Shown here piece after piece: positions 50,569-62,144 of a stretch of 64,000 nucleotides of DNA. This DNA comes from Octopus sinensis (Eukaryota): NCBI RefSeq assembly GCF_006345805.1, contig NC_043006.1, positions 24,304,001 to 24,368,000 of the forward strand. Reading direction: 5' to 3'. The translations under genes and the position numbers were made by a program. Below the pieces are notes generated by a model. The model worked only from the letters and a program-made list of their open reading frames with translations. It was not told the origin of the DNA and made no database searches. How positions within the stretch are numbered: position 1 is the stretch's first letter; each line of letters begins with the position of its first letter.

Positions 50569-50676
50569 ATAGATCTGTCCGCCATATCAGGACTTGCATG
50601 GAGCCAAACAGAAACTACTAATATAGATCTGTCTGCCATATCAGGACTTGCATGGAGCCAAACAGAAACTACTAAT
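50569..50676. repeat. Tandem duplication of a roughly 54-bp unit
   Basis: atagatctgtc(c/t)gccatatcaggacttgcatggagccaaacagaaactactaat occurs twice in tandem. Confidence 0.9.
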
Positions 50677-51005
50677 ATCATTGGAGATGTTAAATCTGCT
50701 TAACTTGCTAAACTTCAATCACTGATCAGATTACACAAAAAAAGTTCTTCAGTGCTGTAGTTTTAATGTAATGCTAGCTAGGTAATATTGTTTTAATATA
50801 ATTCCAATTTAGCAATATGGCCTTAATATAATATTTGGTGCCATAGTTTTAATATAATACTAACTTAACATTCCATGTGAAAGAAGAAAGTCATGCCACA
50901 TTTTTAAAAAATATTCAAGTTTTGAAGGAAGTAATTTATTCAAAAAATGTTTGTCAGAAGTGATTAAAAGGGACAGCGTTCTTAGTGGTTAACTAGAGTA
51001 GAATA

Positions 51006-51036
<31 letters not shown>

Positions 51037-51856
51037 ATTAGTATGTATGTTGTTGATGATCTTCCTAAGATTAACAACAATAAACTGACTAACAGTTTGA
51101 GAATTACATATCACCACCATCATTTAAAGTCCATGTTTCATACTGGCATCGGCTGGACAGTTTGACAGGATCTGATGACTCCAAGTACTACAGCGTGAAT
51201 AGAAAATGGATATCCAGCCATAGAAATCTTTGGTTTGGTTTGATTCCTATGGTTGGGTGCCCTTCCTAATGCCAACCACTTTACAGCATGTATCAGGTAC
51301 TCTTTTCATGCCTCAGCACTAGTGAGGTCACCATGCAACTAACAAGATCATGATTCCTGAAGAGAATGCTCTTATGCTAGGAGATGAGGGTGCAGAGTAG
51401 AACAGATTAGTTGCTGTTGAGGGCCTGCATGGCAACTGACGTTTAAGAAGAAAGGGTGGGCTGTGGGTTTCGACCAACACATGCGTGCGTGCATGCGAGT
51501 TTTCAGTTTTTGTTTCTGGTCTGCTGGATTCTTTATGTGAATTCATATGTTGAAACAAATTTTGTTATGTCTAGGGACAGTAATTATGCCAATATTATTA
51601 ACACACACACACTGGTTCAATTCCACTTCTTTATTATTAGTTAATTGGTTAAATATCCAACTAACTTATTGTTTAATTTGGTCAGTCAAGGCTCTTTCAT
51701 TGTTACTTGCAACCTTTATAATGACTTCTGACTTTGTTATGGGGGCCACTTTTGCTTGAGATTTTGTTGCATGTGTGTGTGCATGCCAGTGTGCATGCAT
51801 ATATGTATTCTGTGTATTCATGTATCTGCGTGTATGCGTGCTTGTCTGTGTATGTA

Positions 51857-53207
51857 CAGGAATTGGACAAAATAATGGAAACACCTTAAAATTTCAAACA
51901 AATTTATCTTAATATGGGGTAGGACTGCCTTTGGCAGTAATTACAGCTTGAATTCTACAAGGTATGGACTTGTACAAAGTTTGAATTGTTTCCAAAGGAA
52001 TTTTTCTCCATTCTTCAGCTAAAACAGTCTCTAGTTCTTGAGGTCTCAAGTAGTGATGATGGTGGAGGATATCAACTCCTTACTTATTTTTCTAAAATGC
52101 ACTATAAATGTTCAATAATATTGAGATCTGGGGGACTGTGGTGGCCAGATAAGATGTTCAGCTTCACTAGAATGTTCCTCGTGCCATTCAGTAACAACTT
52201 TAGCTGTGTGAATTAGTGTATTGTCATCCTGAAAGATTGCGTTTCCCTCCAGAAACAGTTCCGCAACCATAGGATGGATTTGATCAGATAAAATGCTTAA
52301 ATAGACTTCACTATTAATTCTGCCATGAAAGGAAACCATTGGGCTGGCAGATTTCCAAGATATAGCCCCCACCAGATCATCACAGATCCTCCTCCATGTT
52401 TAACAGTTGGAAGAAGGCAATCTGGGTCAAATGCTTCTTTTGGCTATCTCCTCATGTATACACAGCCGGTGGTCGGAAATAAGGTAAAGGATGACTCATC
52501 TGAGAAAATAGCATTCTTCCACTGCTCTAGGGACCAATTCTGTAGGTTTTTACTCAACTCGAATTTGAACTCAGAGAGTAAAAACAGATAAAATGCCATT
52601 ACGCATTATGGCATTTTGTCTCATCTGAGAAAACAACATTCTTCCACTGCTCTAGGGACCAATTCTGTAGGTTTTTACTCAACCCTAAACGCTGTGCAAT
52701 GTTTACTTTAGTGGTTTTTTGATTGCAGCCTTCCCATGAAATCCGGCTTTGTACTGGGTTCTTGAGGTAGTCATTAAGCTCTGCAGTAACTTTGGGAGTT
52801 GTACTTTTGTGATCCTTTCTAACAATTTGTATAAGTGTCCGATGGTCCCTATCTGAAAGTTTTGGTTTTCTTCCATTTTCTTTTGATGAGGAAGTTTTTC
52901 CCACTTTCTCAAAAGCTGCCATTACTTTTGAGACAGTACTTCTTGATACACCAAACATTTCGGCTGTTTTCATTATACTAGCACTTGCCATATGAGCACT
53001 AACTATTTGACCTCTTTGAAAATCTGATAGATCTGTCATTTTAATTACCTTTTTCTAATGATATCTGAAAAGAAATAGCAATTTTAGCAAAACAATAAGC
53101 AACACTAATAATAAATCAAAAAACATAAAAATAAACAAGCTTTTGATGGTTTTATAGATATTCAAAGCTATGATGCTAGGTGTTTCCATTATTTTGTCCA
53201 ACCCCTG
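51857..53207 (-). mobile_element. Tc1-family transposon (1351 bp), frameshifted
   Basis: TA target duplication; 30-bp TIRs cagg(aa/gg)ttggacaaaataatggaaacacct; HTH LSDFQRGQIV; catalytic remnants VFSDET, FQDDN and WPPQSP. Confidence 0.95.
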
Positions 53208-53619
53208 TATGTGTGTGTACTTCTGCTTCCTTGTGCATACGTGCTTGAGTCTGTCTATGCATGAGTTTGTGTGTGTATGGATGTGCACCTGTGTGTATGC
53301 ATGTGTTGAGTGTATGTGTATGGTCATGTGTTTCTGTCTCCTTGTGTATGTGTGTGCATGGGCGTGTCCATACTATCTTCCTATGCACGTACATACATAC
53401 CAACTATCTATCTTTCTACCGACTTATTTACTTATCTACCTATTAATTTGCCTATCTACCTATCTACCTACCTACCTACATAATTAACTAAGCAACTAAC
53501 AAGCTACATAACTGACCTGTCCACCTAAAGCCTATCTACTTACCTATCAACCTACCTACCTATTTACCTACTCAACTGCCTGCTTATGAATGTACCTATG
53601 CATGTATGCTGTGTGGGTG

Positions 53620-54130
53620 GTATCTCTGGCATTGGGGTATCCTTACCTTCTATGTGTATTTCCTAATTAGTATAGGTAATGTTTCATTTATGAGGACATA
53701 CTCTTGAATTTGTCTAAGTGATGGGTCCTTTGGGTGTTTGGACAAAATGTGAATGTCAGTTTGGCCCAGTGTGTTGCTATGTTGGTCTTTGGCATGTTGA
53801 AAGAATCTGGACGACTGTTTCTTGTTATTATACTTTCTCCAGTGCTCACTTAGCCTCTCTGCTATACTCCTAGATGTCTCAATGTATGCCATGCTTCTGT
53901 ACTTACAAACTCCTTCCATGCACCTTATGTTGACGACTATGTTCCTAGTTTTACAGTTAATACTGGAGTTAAACTTACTACACAGTTCTGATTAGTGCAT
54001 GCGGTATTTTCAAATACAACAATTGTGATCTGATGGAGCTCTCTGGCTTCTCAATGATCTTAATGTTGAGTTTAGTGTCATTCAGAGCATTCCTAAATCT
54101 ATGCGCTAATTCTCCAAGAGGAAGGTAGGT
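53620..54130 (-). mobile_element. Second Penelope-like GIY-YIG fragment, bracketed by inverted copies of its TG-rich terminal region (about 51765-54425)
   Basis: YIETSRSIAERLSEH...ILSKHPKDPSLRQIQEY..INE, homologous to 23137-23646. Confidence 0.85.
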
Positions 54131-54769
54131 ACATAGGTTGTACAGATATACACCCACACAAAAGCACACATACATACAAGGAGACAGAAACACATGACCA
54201 TACACACACACTCCACATAGACACATACACACAAAGACATATATAGGCACACATGCATATACAACAGGCACATGTGCATACACAAACTCATATCCAAAGA
54301 CACACTCAAGCATGCACACACAAGGAAACAGAAGTACACACACACACACACACAAGCACGCACACAGACACATGAATACACAAAATACATACATACACTG
54401 ATACATGCACACATACATGTAACAAAATCTCAAGTAAATGCAGCATCCGTATTGAACAAATTAAAAAGGTTGCAAGTGGCAATGAAAGAGTTTTGACAAA
54501 TAAAAGCAAAACAAATGACTTGCTGTTAAACCAAATTAAACAAACAATTAATTAGTTAGTAGGATATTTAGCCAACTGACTGATAATAAAGGAGTGGAAT
54601 TGAACCAGTGCATAATGACTGTCCGTGGATGCAACAAAATATATTCAGTTATTTCTTTATAATAGAATTTCGAAATGTTTGTTTTGTAGAAATGAAACTT
54701 GAAATATTAGGTCCTCAATAAACAACTCGATTTGTAACATAGGCTTATTATTGTTATTGTTATGGCCTA

Positions 54770-55055
54770 GTTATTAAGGTGTTGCACTCATAATCACGAG
54801 ATCGTTGTTTCAATTCCTAGACTGGATGGTGCATTGTTTTCTTGAGCAAAACACTTCATCTCATGATGCTCTGTGATCACTTTGACACCTGACATATGGT
54901 ACACTGTGCACCTGTTCAGACAATGTCAATTTGATGGAGAGAGTGAGCTAATGTGTGGCATGAACATTTGATCACAACGAACAAATCATTTGTCTAAGTC
55001 ATTTGGCAAAAGCTGAAAACTCATATGTTATCTTTGACAAGAAAGTCTATCATCA
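54770..55055 (+). mobile_element. tRNA-derived SINE (family D); second copy at 61235-61530
   Basis: Shared ttaaggtgttgcactca..ttcaattcct..cttgagcaaaacacttcatctca..cacctgacatatgg..gcacctgttcagacaatgtcaatttgatggagagagtgagctaatgtgtgg. Confidence 0.85.
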
Positions 55056-55105
55056 TTATTATTATTATTGTGGATTATGATGGCCATGTGATCAAAATTT
55101 ACCCT

Positions 55106-55176
<71 letters not shown>

Positions 55177-55630
55177 AGCACAAAGATGATTAAATATTTC
55201 TACTCAGTCTTATATATTTCACATACTTAACAATTCCTCTAACACCTGATCCTAAATGCAATGACAAAAGTTTAGTGTTATAGTAATTATCCAGTTAAAC
55301 TAAAATGTTGATATTAGACTCCTTGAAGAATTGTTGGTAGTCACTTGTTTAAAATTTATGCCTTTGAAAGATAAATAAGATTAGTTCAGACCTGGAAATT
55401 CCAAAAGATCAACCTGGAGACCTTCTTCTCATAAAAGTTAAGAATTATTAATAGACATTAATAGAGTTAACTATACAAGTTGAGAAATTCATAAATTTGC
55501 CTGACTTGTTGGAACTGATAGCGTTTCAAATATCAAAAGTTTCCAATGTAGCTCAATTGAATGGCAATATGCAAGAATTTAAACAAATTCTAGTTTAAAG
55601 GATGGAAGGAGATCTAAATTGTCTATTTAA

Positions 55631-55850
55631 CCCTTTCGTTACCGCATTTATTTTGGGATGCCCTGTATTTCTTTGAATTACTTTAAATATAACAAAGAAT
55701 TTAGTAAAATAACTTAGTTATCATTCAGCTAGTGTTAGGAACATAAATTGTGACTAAGGTTTGGTGGAAGATTTTAATTCAGAACTTATGAAAACAAGAC
55801 ATTTGTACTCAGAGCCAGAGCCGGTTTCAGCCGGGTTGGTAACGAAAGAG
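55631..55850. mobile_element. piggyBac-type MITE (220 bp)
   Basis: TTAA|ccctttcgttacc ... ggtaacgaaagag|TTAC. Confidence 0.8.
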
Positions 55851-56379
55851 TTACATATGATTTGTAAAGAATTGTTCAATTTAATATTATTACTGTTCAA
55901 GATCTAGTGATATGGCTTCAATTTCTCACAGTAGCTATTCTATTCCAAATGTCATCAAGTAAATTATGAACATCATATAATATCATTCTCCAATTTATAT
56001 AAATATATAGCCTAGCACTTATATAAGAAATAAAATATGAAGAATCAGACAAGCTATGTGGTTATGGTGATACACTGTTGACTAAAGGTTTTGTATTGTC
56101 TTTCAGGTAGGAAAAGTATATGACTGCTAGCATTACAGTGTTGGACTAACAACTATCTATTCCAATTTACAGTCGGGTGATTGACATTAAGGCAGATAAT
56201 CTGCAATGAAAATACTTGTTTGAATAATATACTGGTGCCCGAATTTTCACTGCCCCCACTAAAAAGTAGAAAGCTTTAAGTGATAGCATGCAATGAAGCA
56301 AATGAAACAATCTACATAAGTGTTGACCAAATGATAATAATTTTGATATATGCAATTAAAATATAGCATGCATGTATTT

Positions 56380-56515
56380 CACTGAGGTCAACTTTGCCTT
56401 TCATCCTTTTGGGGTCGATAAAGTACCAGTTGAATACTGGGATCAATCTCATTGATTTAACCCCACTTCCAAAATTGCTGGCCTTGTGCCAAAATTTGAA
56501 ATTATCATTATTATC
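56380..56515 (+). mobile_element. SINE family C fragment, antisense to PHACTR, about 30 nt from the donor of exon 56545
   Basis: gaggtcaactttgcctttcatcctttttggggtcgataaagtaccagttgaatactggg. Confidence 0.8.
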
Positions 56516-56544
56516 ATTTGAAAGATACTAGAATATTGTCTTAC

Positions 56545-56706
56545 CTGAATATGAATGATCATGAGAATCAAGTTCTATCTGAAGATGCTGTGGTCTCATA
56601 CTGTCACCAGTTAAGCCTCTATCAATAGTATCATTAGAATGATCAGGAGGTTCTTTTGTCCGTGGATACATGGAAATCACAACGGGACGGACCTGTGCAG
56701 CAGTCA
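56545..56706 (-). CDS. PHACTR: PHACTR internal coding exon (162 nt, phase 1/1), the most 5' confident exon in the window
   Basis: Acceptor ttggtattttccag|TG and donor TCAG|gtaaga. Open frame TAAQVRPVVISMYPRTKEPPDHSNDTIDRGLTGDSMRPQHLQIELDSHDHSYS. Phase 1 matches the next exon (G|GA = Gly). No recognisable domain, so the assignment rests on splice sites, phase and position. Confidence 0.7.
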
Positions 56707-56899
56707 CTGGAAAATACCAAATAAATATCACCCTTTTAGTACTCTGATTTACAAATACAATATGTGGAGCACCATATGTAGCACTTGTATTACAGTTAGT
56801 ATTACTTTCAAATACAATGTAATCAGGTATCATGATTGTTGGTAAAAATCTAAAGACAAATCTCCATATATTTTTATAAGCATATACATCTATATATAT

Positions 56900-57150
56900 A
56901 TATAAAACTGAGAATGTGTGTGTCTGTCTGTGTTTCTGTATGTGTGCATCACTAAAATTTGAGAACTACACAACTGGTTTCATTCAAATTTTACACATGC
57001 CTTATTTAGAGTCCATGCAGTGTCATGGGCCAAAAAAAATTTTTCAACTTCTTACACTATTTCAGTATTATGTGTCAAAAGTGAAACAATAACATTTCTG
57101 TTGTAATGTGAGATAATACTTTTAGTTTAATACTTTCACTATTATATCTC
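56900..57150 (+). mobile_element. Short non-autonomous Helitron-like repeat (copy of 21600-21960)
   Basis: Same 5' block as the 21.6-kb copy. Confidence 0.6.
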
Positions 57151-57189
57151 ACACACACATATATATTTTCTCTATCCATTTATATATTA

Positions 57190-57239
<50 letters not shown>

Positions 57240-57539
57240 CGCATATATATATATATATATATATATGAAAGAAGGTTTGAAAATGCAATTTTAAAAGATG
57301 TTTATTTACTTGACCGGTTTCACTTTTTTAGAAAAAGATTGTCAAAAGTAACATGTAAAAGCTTGGTTGTGTTAGGTACTGGTTGTCAAAAAATATTACA
57401 ATATATATATATATATATATATAGACATTCTTTGATAATAAGAACATGTTAAGAACAGTTTACAAGCGAAAATCTTGGGAAAATATAAAAAAGTTTAACA
57501 AGTTCATTAAAATATTGGGCACAAAAGTAAATGTGTCTC

Positions 57540-58480
57540 TGTGTGTTTTATATTTGGTAGGATGGTGTGTATATATGTGTGCACGTTTGTGTGTGCGTGT
57601 GTGTGTGTGTGTGGTTAATGTTTGTTAGTGTGTTGTGTGTGCGCTAGTGCATGTATGTGTTTGTTCACATGTATTTGTCATGGTGTGTGATTGGTATTTG
57701 TCATGGTGCTGTGTGTGCGCATGTGTGTATATGTGCGTGTGTGTATGTTTGTTTGTTTTTTGTGTTGGTGGGGATGTTATATGTGAGTGTATGTGTGATC
57801 AACCGTATGTGTGTGAGGGTGCATGTGTATGTGTGTGGGTGTGTGTGGATGTGTATGTGTGTGTTGTATTTATCAGGGGTTCTGTGTGTCAGGTTTATCT
57901 GGGTGGCGTGTGTGTGTATATGTGTTTTGTGTGTGTTGGTATTGAGTATGTTTGTGTGTGTGTATATATGTGGGTATGGTTTATGTAGTTCTGTAGTTTC
58001 TGTGTGTGTGTGTGTGTGTGTGTGTGCACAAGTCTGTGTTGCATTTGTGAGTGATTTGTTTTGTTTGTATTGTTAGTGCAATGTGTGTGTATACGTGTAG
58101 GAGTGTTTGTGTGGGTGTGTTTATGTGTCTTGTATTTGTCGGGGAGGTGTGTGTCATTGTGTGTGTGCATGCTTGTGTGTATGTATGTTTGTGAATGTTT
58201 GTTGTGGTTGTAATGTGCGTGTATGTGTGTTTTTTTCTTTTGAATGTGTGTGTGTGTGTTATTTTATTACTGGGGTGCGGGCACATTGTGTGTGTGTACA
58301 TGTGTGCATAAATGCGTGTGTGTTTGTGTGAATGTGATTTGTAATTTCGGGGTGGTGTGTGTGGGTGTGTGCATGTCCGTGTTCACATATGTGTATATGT
58401 GTGTGAAAGTGTTGCTTACGGATACTAAAATCTTATTGCAAGTGTATATGTATATGTGTTTTATTCTTCTGTGTGAGTGT
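57540..58480. repeat. About 0.9-kb TG-rich low-complexity tract
   Basis: Degenerate (TG)n; source of the spurious C/V-rich and T/H-rich ORFs. Confidence 0.9.
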
Positions 58481-58485
58481 GAACG

Positions 58486-58532
58486 TGAAACTCTGAGTAA
58501 TAGCTTTTATATTTCTGCTGGTTTTAAATAAA

Positions 58533-58574
<42 letters not shown>

Positions 58575-58663
58575 TTTATTTAAAACCAGCAGAAATATAT
58601 ATATATATATATATACTTTATTTAAAACCAGCAGAAATATAAAAGCTGTTACTCAGAGTTTCA
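58486..58663. repeat. 50-bp inverted repeat around a (TA)n loop, with an extra partial arm
   Basis: tgaaactctgagtaa(t/c)agcttttatatttctgctggttttaaataaagta and its reverse complement. Confidence 0.92.
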
Positions 58664-59138
58664 TGTATGTGTGTGTGTGTCCCACCACTGCTTGACAGCT
58701 GGTCTGTTTACATCCCTGTAACTTAGTAGTTCAGCAAAAGAGACTGATAAAGTACCAGATTTTTAAAGGGAAGCTCAGTTATAACCCACAACCATCATTC
58801 AGTTCAAGAAGCACCTGATTTCTCAATGCAACACCATTGTCCTAAGAGAGACAAAGTTACTTCCTTTGTTTAAACATTCACTCTTTCCATTTATCACCTG
58901 CCAATCTTTCTCCATTCCAGATCCAGCCTGTTAAATACTAATTTCTAATTAATGTTCTTCCTACTGATATGTATCTGTCAGGCACTTCTTTTCTGTCTAC
59001 ATTTCTTCTTACAATCCGCAGCAACACAAATCAAATACTAATTGTCCCACTTTAAATCAAAGAAGCCACTATGCTTCTGCTTAGTTGCTTGAACTATTGA
59101 GAATAACAGTTAACCTCCTCCAATCTATTCTTACTTAC

Positions 59139-59141
59139 TGC
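59139..59141 (-). CDS. Candidate 3-nt microexon (GCA) of PHACTR
   Basis: Minus strand reads tcttaactatttttcag|GCA|gtaagtaa: branch-like ttaac, pyrimidine tract, AG, three nucleotides, then a consensus GTAAGT donor. Confidence 0.4.
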
Positions 59142-59448
59142 CTGAAAAATAGTTAAGACACAGTGAATAAGATAGTCCTGTGATCACAGGTCTACTCAAT
59201 AAAATATGAGCCTAGGGCTAAACTACAATTATTACTTCAGTCAGTCATCCCTCTGTCCAGTTTATGAGAATATAAAAATGCTATTGGCCTTCACAATTCT
59301 CTTCAGACTGACTGTAATGCTCTTCCAGACAGATCTACAAGAACTACAGACACTAAATCTCCAACTCGGCTACTACTACTATAAGACATGATTAAAGTAA
59401 AAAATTAAAAATAGGTGCTTTTTTTTTTTTTACTTACCAACATGTGTG

Positions 59449-59508
<60 letters not shown>

Positions 59509-60732
59509 GACAATTGAAAAATGAAGGGATAAAATAATAATTTGTTTTTCAACATCTACAAAATTCTAATGTTGCTAGCATGTAAACAATAACAGATGGT
59601 CAAATGTATAAATTATTATTTATTAAATAAATATAAACAATTAAAAAATATATATTATTAGTGACAAAAGAAAATTGTTAAAAAGAAAAGCAAGAGATAT
59701 ATGTTAGAATGAAGCAATTAGTGTGAATAAAGTGTGTCTGTGCATTTAGAAGAGAAAAAAAAATAAAGTGTATGCATGTGTGTATTTATGAGAAAAGAAA
59801 AAAAGAAAAGAAAAAAAGAAAAAGACATGACAAAATGGTAGAAACCCAATTTTTTTCCTTTTTGTGAGTTCTTAAGAAAACTATTATAGCAGAGCAAATA
59901 TAGCAACTTTTAAAATAAAATAAAATATACAAGATAGATATTATTTGGCTATTTTAACATAGAAAAAAGAAAAGGAAAATGAAAAAGGAGAAAAAGTCTT
60001 TGCAAAATATGTCTTTTGAAGGAATATTTACCTGTAAATTAAATGTAACAAAGAAGGAGTGTCTTTGTGGACAGGCACTCCAGTGGGATGGTCACATAGA
60101 CAGATCCAAAGATAAACAAAAATGTAAATATACTTGGAAAACTGGAAATCAACTACTTGATTAGTGTACGTGAACAAAGATATGCCAATACTATCAGATA
60201 GAAAAACTATTTAGATAAGGCTAAACAAAATACAACAAAAAAAAAAAAACAATATTGTATTTTAATATATATATTTTTAATCTGAAGAGAAACACAAACA
60301 CACACACAAATATATGTACATATGAAATTAAACAAATGAAAGAGGAATAGGAAATTATGCACTGAACTTCATTAACCAACAGCATTTCTGCCATAAGATG
60401 CAGTACACTCAGAGCTGACTGCCTGTACATCACCTTATAACATCCTTCCTTGCACTTCATTTTTGAAGCTCCAAGGAAGCTATAAGGTGATGCACAAGCA
60501 CTCAAGTGTAAGTGCACTGCATCTTATAACAGAAACAGTTGCAAGTTAATGAAGTTGATTACATAATTTCCTGTTTCTTTGTCATTTAATTTCATGTTAT
60601 GCTCTGTACCCAACCAATACTTTATTCTGAAGCATATGTGTATTGAAATCTAACAAGTTATCAATATTGCTATGCCTAATTTGAAACAGTGAATTGTTTG
60701 CTTGTATGTATGTGCGTGAGTGTGTATGCAAG

Positions 60733-60795
<63 letters not shown>

Positions 60796-60929
60796 TAAAT
60801 ATATATATGTGCGTGTGCGAATATATATACTCATATATATATATTTCTATATATATGTATATATATGTGTGTCTCTTCTGTTTTTAATTTTAAATTTTTC
60901 CTCTGAAGAAGGAGCTAGTTTCTAACAAA

Positions 60930-61145
60930 GGTGCAAAGCTTCATCTTTGAAATGTAGATAGTGAAAACAACGCCACATTCTAAACCTGAGAAAAGTCTTG
61001 CACAGTTTTATTGTTCCACTTACAGATTGTATTTGTAATGTGCAAATCAGTTGGCTGATTTCTTTTCCTGAAAATCCAAGCTTATCCAGACTGACAGTTA
61101 GGCATTTACTTACAAAACCATGCGCTCCAATTATTATTGATCTAA
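60930..61145 (-). mobile_element. 3' end of an RLE-type LINE
   Basis: IIIGAHGFVSKCL...LQIQSVSGTIKLCKTFL resembles the C-terminus of the 46-kb R4/Dong-like element. Confidence 0.65.
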
Positions 61146-61794
61146 ATGTTTGTATATGGATGGATGGATGGATAGATAGATATGTGTGCATGTGCTTGTA
61201 TATACACACACACACACACACAAGTGAGAGTGCATGATTTAGTGATTAGGGTGTTGCACTCACAATCTAGTGATTGTGATTTCAATTCCTCAACTGGGTG
61301 GTGCATTGTGTTCTTGAGCAAAACACTTCATCTCACATTGCTCCGTGATCACTTCGACACCTGACATATGGGACACTGTGCACCTGTTCAGACAATGTCA
61401 ATTTGATGGAGAGAGTGAGCTAATGTGTGGTATGAATATTTGATCACTGTAAACAAATCATTTGAGCAGGTCATTTGGAAAAAGCTGAATGCTCATACAT
61501 TAGCTTTGACAGGACAACAGGAGAGTCTATCATACACACACACACATATACATATATAAATACACAGAAGCTTTTTTTCAGTTTCCATCAATGGAAATAT
61601 TTAATATATATATATATGCATATTTCCATCATCTGACAAAGAGGACTCAGTTGTTCAATCAACTGAATTGTCTGCTCTTTGAGTTAACCTGCAAGTAGCT
61701 GAATATTCTACAAATAGATGGCCCATTAGCATAATTCTCAAGCAGAAGCAATGTGACACAGTGTATGACAAAGCTGTACCTTTTGAATTACACC

Positions 61795-61925
61795 CCATAG
61801 GACAATTCCTCCTGATGACAACTACCGCCTAGGACAATTACCCACTTTTCAATATATTAAGAAGTCTTAAATCATCATCTGTTGTCCACAGGAGTAATTG
61901 TCCTTGGGGGTGGTTATTGTCCATC
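61795..61925. mobile_element. Small MITE-like element with repeated GGACAATT terminal motifs
   Basis: ggacaattcc and ggacaattacc at the left end; gtaattgtcc and gttattgtcc at the right end. Confidence 0.45.
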
Positions 61926-62112
61926 CATGGGGAGTAAATAATGTTCCAGACTCTTACAATGTATTATTATTAAAACGGACATTTGATATCTTATGAGTGA
62001 GTAAAACTACAAGTATTTCAGAGGCACCACACCAAGGAGTTGAAGTGTTGAGAAGATTAGAAACCAGAAATATTGGGAAGCCGGATATCGCAGACATGCA
62101 GAATTCAATTAC

Positions 62113-62144
<32 letters not shown>

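Noticed and set aside
59432-59445. Consensus donor TTG|gtaagt on the minus strand
   Set aside because: The upstream sequence is (TA)n/(CA)n with no acceptor or coding frame. It could only be an unsupported non-coding exon.
60903-60965. CTGAAGA ... GAAA downstream of the RLE LINE fragment
   Set aside because: I could not build convincing stems I and III, so it is not counted as a hammerhead.
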